Below are positions 27,641 to 35,947 of a DNA stretch of 64,000 bases, in pieces. A program made the position numbers and the translations under genes. Below the pieces are notes generated by a model. The model was not told the DNA's origin, did no database searches, and worked only from the letters and a program-made list of their open reading frames with translations. This DNA is from an uncultured Bacteroidota bacterium. GTDB taxonomy: Bacteria > Bacteroidota > Bacteroidia > Chitinophagales > LD1. How positions within the stretch are numbered: position 1 is the stretch's first letter; each line of letters starts with the position of its first letter. The stretch covers positions 5,990-69,989 of the forward strand of contig CAISWS010000147.1 in the NCBI GenBank assembly GCA_903889265.1. The letters are read 5' to 3'.

Positions 27641-27812
27641 CCGTTTTACTATTGGGGCGTGCCCAGTGCTGAATAGTGCCCGCCAACTCTGCCTCATCAA
27701 ACCAATAAAAACTCTGCGGCGCGACCGGATACTCTACCGAATCTTTGTATATGTTGGATGTCGCCAACGCCAATACTAGTGTTACCAAAGCAACTTTAAA
27801 GGCCTTTTTCAA
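27609..27812 (-). CDS. Possible small secreted protein (67 aa, TTG start), doubtful
   Basis: Signal-like MKKAFKVALVTLVLALATS. Against it: a TTG start, a tail antisense to the coaC 3' end, and no recognised family. Confidence 0.25.
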   Translation of the reverse strand: MKKAFKVALVTLVLALATSNIYKDSVEYPVAPQSFYWFDEAELAGTIQHWARPNSKTATENTPSNAR

Positions 27813-27860
27813 TAATCCGGAAGGTGGGTAATCATCCGTGGTAGCATAAAACTAAAAAAA

Positions 27861-28056
27861 TATGCATCATCGCGAGACTCTGCGAAGCAAGCCCGAAGCG
27901 ATGAGGGCAAAACGCTACGCTACAACCGGCTGCAGGTAGTTCCAGGGGTACCCGCCAGGATGACCGGTCGGACGGGCTTCGTAGCAAAACTCTGCCCGCC
28001 GGCAGAATATTTCCTCTTAATGACGCGCGGGTTTTAGGATTGCCCTCATAACCCAA
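27861..28056. other. GC-rich structured intergenic element (REP-like or small RNA candidate)
   Basis: Nested complementary pairs: tcatcgc/gcgatga (27866-27872 / 27898-27904), atgagggcaa/ttgccctcat (27901-27910 / 28040-28049), gctacg/cgtagc (27914-27919 / 27980-27985), and hairpin ctgcc-cgcc-ggcag (27992-28005). Confidence 0.35.
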
Positions 28057-28059
28057 AAA

Positions 28060-28890
28060 CTACGCCTGATACACCGGCTCGTTTTCAGCAGCCTTTTCCT
28101 TATTAAAGTTTTTGGCTTGCGTTTTTACGGCCTCAAATGTTTCGGTGTAGTTGGTGTGGTTGGTGCCCATCATGCGGTCCCAGAAATTGAAATATAAGCC
28201 GTAGTTGCTGGTGGCGTATTTATGGTGCATGTTGTGGTGTGTGGAGGTGTTATGCCATTTGGTAATGGTGCCCGAAGTAAAGCCCGAAGGGAACAGTTCG
28301 AAACCGGAATGGCCCATTACATTAAGGCCGGCCTGGTATAAGCCCCACGCCAGTATTGCCAATGGATGAACCGGCACTATAAAAACCAGGATAGGGAAGA
28401 TAGCCGCCTGTATAACCGCCTCGAATGGATGAAAAGCATAAGCGGCCCAAGGTGTTGGGTCGTGGCTGAGGTGGTGTATTTTATGCACGTAGGGATATAT
28501 CTTTTTCCAGTGCATAAACCGGTGGGTCCAGTAAAAGTAAAAGTCGTGGGCTACTATAAACACCAGTACGGAAAACACAAAATACGCCCAGCTGTGTGCA
28601 TGTATATCCATGTACATTCGGGTGTAGCCGTGGCGGTAGCAGGCAAAGACAAAAACGCCGTTCAGCGCAAAAATTACTAACGACAGCAGGGAGTATCTTA
28701 ACTCGCGCCACATATGTTTTGTAGCGGGAAATTTTTGCTGAATTTTAAACCGTACAAATATTTTTCTGCCCAAAACATAAAACACAAGAAAGGTGATTCC
28801 GGCAAAAAGAAAGTAGCGCATGGTTTCAGCGCTAAAGTCCTGCATAAAATCGTGCAGAAATTTCTGCCATACAGAGGTTTCCAGTAACAT
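28060..28890 (-). CDS. Fatty acid hydroxylase / sterol desaturase family membrane protein
   Basis: Three histidine boxes (HDFYFYWTHRFMH, HKIHH, HHNMHH) and four hydrophobic helices. Confidence 0.85.
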   Translation of the reverse strand: MLLETSVWQKFLHDFMQDFSAETMRYFLFAGITFLVFYVLGRKIFVRFKIQQKFPATKHMWRELRYSLLSLVIFALNGVFVFACYRHGYTRMYMDIHAHSWAYFVFSVLVFIVAHDFYFYWTHRFMHWKKIYPYVHKIHHLSHDPTPWAAYAFHPFEAVIQAAIFPILVFIVPVHPLAILAWGLYQAGLNVMGHSGFELFPSGFTSGTITKWHNTSTHHNMHHKYATSNYGLYFNFWDRMMGTNHTNYTETFEAVKTQAKNFNKEKAAENEPVYQA

Positions 28891-29036
28891 GGGTATGCAT
28901 TATTTAGTGCAATTTACCCAGCTATAACGAAATGTGGTAAGATTTATCGGGATTTAATTGGTACAAAGCGCTCTTACCTAAATTATGCCATACAGGAAGG
29001 CCTCCCTCTAACTGTTTAAAATTAAATCCAAATGCA

Positions 29037-29176
29037 GTTTAACACAAAGTGCACAAAGGAGAATGCCAATACAAAGTTCATAAAGAATACATTTTTGGTG
29101 TTGATTGGATTGAACTTTGTGTGCAATGTCCGTTCCGTACAGGCGGGCTTTGCGTTAACATGAATTTCTTTTCTGC
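29037..29176. repeat. Short palindromic intergenic repeat (MITE/REP-like), copy B (expanded)
   Basis: gtttaacacaaagtgcacaaaggagaatgccaatacaaag...ctttgcgttaacatgaatttcttttct. Same ends as copy A, with ~45 extra internal nt containing a second ctttgtgtgc half-site. Confidence 0.6.
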
Positions 29177-29210
29177 AATTTTTATCAGCTCATTAATTAC
29201 ACAAGTCATT

Positions 29211-29774
29211 CTATTTTTTCGCCCATTCCTCCAAAGTCAAAACCTCAGCCTGGCGAGGGAAAACTTTGGTGGTTAGCACCCGGTGCACCTCCTCATCGGC
29301 ATCGGCGCAACAATCGGATATAATGGTTAGGCTGTAATCCTTATCGGCAGCCTCGCGGGTGGTAGAAAGCACCACTCCGCCAGTAGCAATACCCGTTAGC
29401 ACCAGGTGCTGAATGCCGAATGCGCGGAGTACCACTTCAAGGTCACTACCAGTAAATGAGCTTACCCGGCGTTTGGTAATGGTTATTTCTCCTTCGGCAG
29501 GTTTAAGCTGGGGATGAACCGTCATAAATTCGGCCATGTTAACGTTGGCGTATTTGCTTTTTCCGGCAGAGAAGCTTTTGTTGTTACTGCTCACCTCTGG
29601 TGCGCCCTGCCTGAAACCTACTACCACATATATAACCGGTATTTCCTTTTCGCGGGCATGCGCAATGGCTTTGGCTGCTTTGGCTAAAAGCGTTTCAGCA
29701 CCCGGCAACATGGGTATTATGCCCATTTGCATATCCATTACAAGCAGGGCTGTGTTTTGTGCGTTAGGTTCCAT
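29211..29774 (-). CDS. Isochorismatase-family cysteine hydrolase
   Basis: 187 aa. LLVMDMQ (Asp), a K in the middle, and IISDCCAD (Cys) match the family catalytic triad contexts. Confidence 0.85.
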   Translation of the reverse strand: MEPNAQNTALLVMDMQMGIIPMLPGAETLLAKAAKAIAHAREKEIPVIYVVVGFRQGAPEVSSNNKSFSAGKSKYANVNMAEFMTVHPQLKPAEGEITITKRRVSSFTGSDLEVVLRAFGIQHLVLTGIATGGVVLSTTREAADKDYSLTIISDCCADADEEVHRVLTTKVFPRQAEVLTLEEWAKK

Positions 29775-29804
29775 TCTTATACTGTTTTTATTATCAATGA
29801 CTTT

Positions 29805-31073
29805 TTAAATGGCTATACTTTCTTCTTCGGGCATCTGTGCTTTCTCCTCTTCGCTCAATTTGTTTTTTGCAAGGAATTTAAAAAACGCAGCGGCTATAAT
29901 AAGGGCCATAATGCCCTGGCAAAGAAGGGCCTTGGGTGCGCCAATTTGCTGTGATACTGCGCCTATAAGCAAACTGCCCAAAGGCAACATGCCAAACATT
30001 GCCATAGCTAAAAAGCCCATTACCCGGCCCCGCATTTTAGCATCACTTTCTACCTGTACGATGGTAAGTAAAACCGTGTTCTGAGCCATGCGCCCAAAAC
30101 CGGCTAAAGTGGCAAATACCATGGCCAGCGGAAAATAAGCAACCTGCGAAAAAAGCCCCAACCCCACACCCAAAACTACAGTACTACCTAACAAAACCAT
30201 TTTAAGATTAGCGCCGGGCTTTAACGATGCCAGAAAAAAAGTACCGCCTACCGAGCCAAGGCCTATAAAACTAAAAATGTAACCAAAGGTGGCTGCATCG
30301 CCTTTAAAAACCACTTTGGCAAATATGGGCAACAGTGTATCGAAGGGCAATACCAGCAGGCTTACCAACGTTAGCATCAGCAATGATATGCCTATTAAGG
30401 GCGTGTTTTTTACGTAGGCAAAACCTTCGGTAAATTCCTGCAACATTTTCTTTTTTACCTGCGGTTGAATGTAAGCAGGTAACTTCATCAATAGCAGCGA
30501 AGTTATTACGGCCATAAAGCTGAGGGCATTTATAGCAAAGCAAACACCGGCCCCGAATTTGCCCAACACCAAACCCGACAATGCCGGCCCTATAAACCGG
30601 GCCAGGTTTACCATAGATGAGTTGAGGGCAATGGCGTTGGGCAGGTCGCTTTTATCGTTTACCATTTCGTGCACCAGGGGTTGGCGGGCGGGTACATCAA
30701 AGGCATTTATAATACCCAGCATAGCGCTAAGGGTAAGTATTTCCCAAACGGTATAATGATTGGTAAGCACTAACACGGCCAGCAATACCGCCTGTATCAT
30801 AGATAGTATCTGGGTAGCAAGAAGTAACTTATAACGGTTGTACCGGTCGGCAGTAATGCCGCCTATTAAAGAGAAAATGAAGGATGGAAACTGGGCGGCA
30901 AATATGCTTACGCCCAACATAAAAGCCGAATGTGTAATACTATAAACTACCCAGCTAACGGCGGTTTTTTGCATCCAGGTGCCTATCAGGGACATAGACT
31001 GCCCGGCAAAATACAACCGGTAGTTTCGGTTTTTAAAAGCCCTGAAGGTGTTTAATATTTCTTTTCTTTTCAT
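29805..31073 (-). CDS. MFS transporter
   Basis: 422 aa with ~12 hydrophobic helices. GGITADRYNRYK is the MFS loop 2-3 motif. Confidence 0.85.
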   Translation of the reverse strand: MKRKEILNTFRAFKNRNYRLYFAGQSMSLIGTWMQKTAVSWVVYSITHSAFMLGVSIFAAQFPSFIFSLIGGITADRYNRYKLLLATQILSMIQAVLLAVLVLTNHYTVWEILTLSAMLGIINAFDVPARQPLVHEMVNDKSDLPNAIALNSSMVNLARFIGPALSGLVLGKFGAGVCFAINALSFMAVITSLLLMKLPAYIQPQVKKKMLQEFTEGFAYVKNTPLIGISLLMLTLVSLLVLPFDTLLPIFAKVVFKGDAATFGYIFSFIGLGSVGGTFFLASLKPGANLKMVLLGSTVVLGVGLGLFSQVAYFPLAMVFATLAGFGRMAQNTVLLTIVQVESDAKMRGRVMGFLAMAMFGMLPLGSLLIGAVSQQIGAPKALLCQGIMALIIAAAFFKFLAKNKLSEEEKAQMPEEESIAI

Positions 31074-31090
31074 GTTTTACAAACTACACA

Positions 31091-31396
31091 TCACTCCTTA
31101 TGTTTGCGTTGAAACCTAACGCTTGACCCAATACTGATAACAGAAATGCCCGCCAGGAAAGTTAGCAGCAAAGCAGGATGTGCCATGTCAACCGGCGCAA
31201 CAGTAAATAATAAATAGGCGCAAACCAGGTTAAACAGTGCCCATACTACATTAACCGTAGGCGAGGATAGCCCGATTCCACGGGGATTTGAAAAAGGAGT
31301 TGGAAACTTATTTCCCGAAGCACCATGCACAAAATGCGGAATGACATTAGCAAAAAATCCACCTGCCAAAAAAGCGGCGAGATACTGATACCACAT
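31091..31396 (-). CDS. Small membrane protein, 101 aa
   Basis: Three hydrophobic helices. Same strand as, and tightly spaced between, the Crp-like regulator and the MFS gene. Confidence 0.5.
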   Translation of the reverse strand: MWYQYLAAFLAGGFFANVIPHFVHGASGNKFPTPFSNPRGIGLSSPTVNVVWALFNLVCAYLLFTVAPVDMAHPALLLTFLAGISVISIGSSVRFQRKHKE

Positions 31397-31479
31397 ATTT
31401 TAAGATTAGTGATTGAATGGTGCAAAGATGGAGAATACCGGTTGGATTGACCTGTGACAATCGTCACAATCGCACGGAG

Positions 31480-32061
31480 CTAATTACTTTTTGCGCGAAT
31501 ACGACTTAACGTCTCACGGGTTACGCCCAGGTAAGAGGCCAGTTGGGAAAGAGAAATGCGCTGTAGTAGTTGAGGGTTATTTTTTTCGATGTAATGGTAG
31601 CGTTCGGCGGGAGTGTACATTTTAAAAAGGCTGCTGTGTTCTTCCGAAGCTAAAAGTACCCTGATTGCCAGGCGCCTTACAAATAAGGTAATTGCCGGGT
31701 GGGCTTTATATGTTGCTGCCATGGTATTCAGATCAAAAATCCAAACCACGGAGGGTTCACCGGCTTCTATTGTAAGATCAGAGGGCTGCCTGCTCTTAAA
31801 GCTTTTCAAATTACTGATAAAGTGCCCCTCAAAAGTAAAGCTTAGGTTTATGGGTACCCCGTTTTTGTTGTACCAGGTACGCAAATAGCCTTTCTCAACC
31901 AGATAGAAAGAGCGGCACAAATCGCCCTCTTTCAGCAAGGGCTCGCCCTTTTTGAGTTTCCGGGCTACCGCGCAGCTAACCAGCAGCGCAATATCCTCAT
32001 CGGAAGTTTTTGAAATCTGCGCAATTGAAGATTGGAGCGTGGTTTGGTTCATGAGATTCAA
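31480..32061 (-). CDS. Crp/Fnr-family transcriptional regulator
   Basis: cNMP-binding-like N-domain (LLKEGDLCRSFYLVEKGYLR) and a C-terminal HTH (SQLASYLGVTRETLSRIR). Confidence 0.85.
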   Translation of the reverse strand: MNLMNQTTLQSSIAQISKTSDEDIALLVSCAVARKLKKGEPLLKEGDLCRSFYLVEKGYLRTWYNKNGVPINLSFTFEGHFISNLKSFKSRQPSDLTIEAGEPSVVWIFDLNTMAATYKAHPAITLFVRRLAIRVLLASEEHSSLFKMYTPAERYHYIEKNNPQLLQRISLSQLASYLGVTRETLSRIRAKSN

Positions 32062-32099
32062 ATATCAATATTTCAGTACAGCACGATGGTGTGTGGTTA

Positions 32100-34700
32100 T
32101 TATCTGAGTAGTGTAATGGCTCCTTTATAAGGTTCAGCTGTAACATCATTGAGCCAAACAACTGTTAGTATATAAACATACACACCAACAGGTGCTGGCT
32201 TGCCTTTGTAGTATCCGTCCCAGGCAAAGTTAATATCGTTGCTTTCAAATACCTTTTCCCCCTGCCGGTCGTAAACTATAACATGAAGAAATTGCATAGC
32301 TGATTTATTTCCAAAAATCTGCCACTGGTCGTTATTGCCATCGTTGTTGGGAGTAAATACGTTGGGCACAAAAATCTGGTAATCGGGTATCACATCAACT
32401 GCAATACCTGCGTGGGCCTGACATCCGTTGGTATCTGCAACAGACACCGTATAGGCCATAGAAAAATTACCGTTAAAGGTTGTCGACGCACAGCCGGCAC
32501 AAGTAATACCTTCGGCGGGTGCCCAGGCATAGGAGAGCGGACCACTTTGATTGGTGTTGGCAGTTAGCACCACACTTTTACCCAAATTAACCGATGCAGT
32601 TGCCGGGGTAATATACGCCTGAAACCAATCGGGTTCGGAGTTGACAATTAACTGTGTGCTGATGATGCTATCGCAATTGTTTACGGTGTTAAGACGGGTA
32701 ATGAAAGTGCCGCCACCGGTAACAGTTGAGCCATCAGGCAGCACATAAGTTTGTTTTCCGCAGATGGTATCCGTTACCGTTTGGTTATAGGTTGGGTTAA
32801 CCAGTAGCAGTGTTGTAATCAGGCTATCGCAACCGTTTACAGAATTAAGGTGGGTATTATAAGCACCGGCTGCAGTTGCCGGGCTGCCATCCGGTAAGGT
32901 ATAAGTTTGCCCATTGCAGATGGTGCGTGAAACTGAATCGTGGTAAGTTGGGTTTATGCTTAACAGAAGTGTGATGTTAGAATCGCAACCGTTTACAGTG
33001 GTGTAATTAAATACGTATGAACCCGCCGTGGCGTAAGTATTGTTTTGAAAAGCGTAGGTGTTGCCCTGGCAGATAGCAGCAATGCTGGTGTCGTTATAAA
33101 CCGGATTTACAATCAGGTGCAGGGTAACAATACTATCGCAACCATTAACGGTTTGATATGTGGACGGATAATATCCCGCTAACATGTACACATTGCCGTT
33201 ATACGTGTAGCTGCTGCCGGTACATATACTTTGGCTTATGGTATCGCTATACACCGGATAGAAAATCAGGTGCAGGGTAACAATGCTATCGCAATGATTT
33301 ACGGTTTGCAATGTAACGGGGTAATAACCAGGCTGGGCATAGCTGTTGCCGTTATAGCTGTAGCTACTTCCCGGGCAAATGCTTTGTGCAATTGTATCGC
33401 TGTAGATTGGGTTAACAGAAACAATAAGGGTAATTACCGAATCGCACCCGTTTATGGTTTGATAGCTGAGGGTGTAACTGCCTGAAGTGTTGTAAGCATT
33501 ACCTGCAAAAGTGTAAGAAGCGCCCTGGCATATAGTTGCCCGTATGGTATCGGAATAAACCGGGTTTACTGTGAGAATAAGGTTGATAGTTGAATCGCAG
33601 CCGTTAACCGTGGTATAGTTAAAGGTATATGTGCCCGATGTGGTGTAGCTATTGTTTTGAAAAGTGTAACTGTTGCCCTGGCAAATGGCGGCAGTGGTGG
33701 TATCGTTGTATACGGGGTATGTACTAAGATGAAGGGTTGTAAGGCTATCGCAGCCATTAACGGTTTGGTATGTATTGGTATAATTACCCGCCTGCGTATA
33801 AGTGCTGCCGTTAAAAGTATAACTGGCTCCGGGGCAAATGCTTTGATTAAGGGTATCGTTATACGAGGGTAGTAAATGCAAGGTAAAACTATCGCTGGCC
33901 TGGCAGCCATTGGCATCGGTGCCGGTTACGTAATAGGTGGTAGTTAGCAGCGGATTTGCAACCGCGACCGCTCCGGTAGTTGTATTTAAGCCTGGAGATG
34001 ATGCCCAGGTATAACTTACCCCTCCTGCGGCCCGCAGCGTATCGGGACTGCCGGGGCACACCGGTGGTATGGCAAAGGTTTGACAATTGGTATCCAATAC
34101 CCCAAAGGCAACGTTGCAATAATTTTCGCTTTGCAAATAATTGAACGATATACAGGTAAAGGTTCCGGGAAATTCTATAATCGTATATCCTTCTGTACCT
34201 TCAAAAGTGGTATCGTTGGGGTAAGCCATACCAGGCCCGGCCCAAATAACCGTATAAGGGGCAGAGGTAACAACCGGCACCGTAAGGCCTCCGTTGCCAA
34301 TACTTGCCAATGCTATCTGAGGATTTACAACCGGCTGGCTGAAACAGAATGTAAATAACCCCGCCAATACATTTTTGAGGGCCGTATTATTAATTGGCAG
34401 GTTGTACTGCGCAGGAAAAAGGTTACCGGCAAACATACCCGGCGATGTTGACAGCCCACCGGTTGGTTTGGTAACCGTTACAGACAATTGAGAAGAAATA
34501 ACCGCCGTACCGCCGGTATTGGTTACGTTGGTCCATGATGCCCAATCTAACTGGGAGGAATCGCAGAGGGGATTTAAACGGCCAACTATGTGCACAAAAT
34601 TTGAGGGGCATTGCGCAAGGGCAAGGCAACCAGCAAAAAGCTGCAGGCAAAAAAGTATAATTTTCAGGTGCCGGTTAATACACCAATAAAATTTTTGCAT
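32100..34700 (-). CDS. Adhesin-like surface protein with 8 x 51-aa two-Cys repeats and a T9SS type B C-terminal domain
   Basis: 866 aa with a signal peptide. The C-terminus FVPNVFTPNNDGNNDQWQIFG...GVYVYILTV...ITLLR is a type B sorting domain. Confidence 0.85.
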   Translation of the reverse strand: MQKFYWCINRHLKIILFCLQLFAGCLALAQCPSNFVHIVGRLNPLCDSSQLDWASWTNVTNTGGTAVISSQLSVTVTKPTGGLSTSPGMFAGNLFPAQYNLPINNTALKNVLAGLFTFCFSQPVVNPQIALASIGNGGLTVPVVTSAPYTVIWAGPGMAYPNDTTFEGTEGYTIIEFPGTFTCISFNYLQSENYCNVAFGVLDTNCQTFAIPPVCPGSPDTLRAAGGVSYTWASSPGLNTTTGAVAVANPLLTTTYYVTGTDANGCQASDSFTLHLLPSYNDTLNQSICPGASYTFNGSTYTQAGNYTNTYQTVNGCDSLTTLHLSTYPVYNDTTTAAICQGNSYTFQNNSYTTSGTYTFNYTTVNGCDSTINLILTVNPVYSDTIRATICQGASYTFAGNAYNTSGSYTLSYQTINGCDSVITLIVSVNPIYSDTIAQSICPGSSYSYNGNSYAQPGYYPVTLQTVNHCDSIVTLHLIFYPVYSDTISQSICTGSSYTYNGNVYMLAGYYPSTYQTVNGCDSIVTLHLIVNPVYNDTSIAAICQGNTYAFQNNTYATAGSYVFNYTTVNGCDSNITLLLSINPTYHDSVSRTICNGQTYTLPDGSPATAAGAYNTHLNSVNGCDSLITTLLLVNPTYNQTVTDTICGKQTYVLPDGSTVTGGGTFITRLNTVNNCDSIISTQLIVNSEPDWFQAYITPATASVNLGKSVVLTANTNQSGPLSYAWAPAEGITCAGCASTTFNGNFSMAYTVSVADTNGCQAHAGIAVDVIPDYQIFVPNVFTPNNDGNNDQWQIFGNKSAMQFLHVIVYDRQGEKVFESNDINFAWDGYYKGKPAPVGVYVYILTVVWLNDVTAEPYKGAITLLR
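32640..33842 (-). repeat. Coding tandem repeat, 8 units of 51-52 aa (153-156 bp)
   Basis: The first Cys of each unit is at residues 289, 340, 391, 442, 493, 544, 595 and 647. Unit pattern is ICxGxSYxFxGxxYxxxGxYxxxxxTVNGCDSxxTLxLxVNPxY. Confidence 0.85.
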
Positions 34701-34866
34701 TGAAGGGGGTTGGTTTTACTAATCCCGTGTTACTTTTTGCAATGTAATACTTTTTACAAAGAATTGTTTCGCGGGGCCACAGAAGGATTGATGGCATAGT
34801 TTACAGGTTTAGCGCCATTCACAAAAAGGCTTTTCCCAAAACACCGTTCTTGCGTTACCGGAAAAA

Positions 34867-35286
34867 TCAAGCCTCTATAGTTTCAATTTTTACGAGGCAG
34901 CGCACGTCATTATCGCCTTCGTAAATTTCAACACAAACGCTGTCAGTTTCAAGGTCGGGGGCTTTTAGCAATTGCTGAAAGGTACGGCCTATAACAGTTA
35001 CATCGCTGGCGTAGTCTTTAATCAGCTCGCTTTGATATTCGCCTTTAGAAATGATAAAGGAATTGTTCCCCATTTTTCCGGCCTCGCCAGGGTAAGCTTC
35101 TGCGGCGGCGGCTTTATAAAATATTTTACCATCGGCGTTGCACCCCGAAATGCCGAAGTATTTATGTTGCTGGTTACCCTGCAACAAAGAATGCAGTTTT
35201 TGCCAGGATGCCGCAATACCCTGGGGGAAGCTATCTGCTTCAATGCAAAAAACCCTGATGTCGTTTTCAATCGTGTATTTTTCCAT
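34867..35286 (-). CDS. GyrI-like / effector-binding-domain small protein
   Basis: 139 aa. The length and pattern (SFPQGIAASWQKLHSLL..., ...YEGDNDVRCLVKI) resemble SOUL/GyrI-like ligand-binding domains. This is a weak by-eye call. Confidence 0.5.
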   Translation of the reverse strand: MEKYTIENDIRVFCIEADSFPQGIAASWQKLHSLLQGNQQHKYFGISGCNADGKIFYKAAAAEAYPGEAGKMGNNSFIISKGEYQSELIKDYASDVTVIGRTFQQLLKAPDLETDSVCVEIYEGDNDVRCLVKIETIEA

Positions 35287-35430
35287 GGATGCTGTGATTT
35301 GGTGTTTGTTAATATCGGAATCAGGAGAGAAAGCTACAGATTTTTAAGCAGCAGGTGGAGCGATTGTTTAAGTGGTTTTTACTTAGTTAATTTGGGTATT
35401 GTTATTTTACCCTCAATTAATCTGAAGCTT

Positions 35431-35898
35431 ATGAAAAAGATATTTTCATTGTTTGCATTTGTTGTTATCTGCGGAAGCGCGTTTAGCCAATTAAGTTGCG
35501 ACCCGGCACTTTGGCCCCACGTTTACAAGCCTGAAAGGTTGCAGGGCGATAAGAAATGCACAACAGTTAAGGGAACCGTTAGAAGCGTAAAATCAGACCC
35601 GGATGGCGGCTATACGCTGCAGATTAAGTTAGACCCCGGTCAACCGCTGGCGTTGTTGAATGATAAAAATTTATCGTTGCAAAACAGTTGCCTGGTGGCT
35701 GTAATTATATGCGGACACAGGCCTATTGCTCAGGCCGATGCTTTGAAATCGTGCGGGGTTTATGAGAATAAGGTGAAGGTGCCTGCCATTGGCGACCATG
35801 TGCAAATAACAGGTAGCTATGTAACTGATAGCGACCCTGACCATGGTTGGAATGCTTTGTATCCGGTAAGCGACCTGATGGAATTGCAGAAGCATTGA
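35431..35898 (+). CDS. Hypothetical secreted protein, 155 aa
   Basis: The track ORF 34972-35898 is trimmed to the internal ATG that gives a clean signal peptide (MKKIFSLFAFVVICGSAFSQ). The upstream part overlaps the opposite-strand gene. Confidence 0.6.
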   Translation: MKKIFSLFAFVVICGSAFSQLSCDPALWPHVYKPERLQGDKKCTTVKGTVRSVKSDPDGGYTLQIKLDPGQPLALLNDKNLSLQNSCLVAVIICGHRPIAQADALKSCGVYENKVKVPAIGDHVQITGSYVTDSDPDHGWNALYPVSDLMELQKH

Positions 35899-35947
35899 CA
35901 CTTCCCTTTTCACCTCAAATAATTTTATTTGCTTCAAAATTGCAGGC

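Noticed and set aside
27706-27739. Direct-repeat-like match between the two inversion junction regions: aaaaactct...actctaccg at 27706-27739 versus aaaaactctaccg at ~45398-45410.
   Set aside because: It is only 9-13 nt and in direct, not inverted, orientation, so it cannot have mediated an inversion. It is within chance expectation for windows of this size.
34972-35430. N-terminal 153 codons of the 308-aa track ORF.
   Set aside because: This part overlaps the opposite-strand GyrI-like gene and the intergenic promoter region. A clean signal peptide starts at the internal ATG 35431, so only 35431-35898 is kept.
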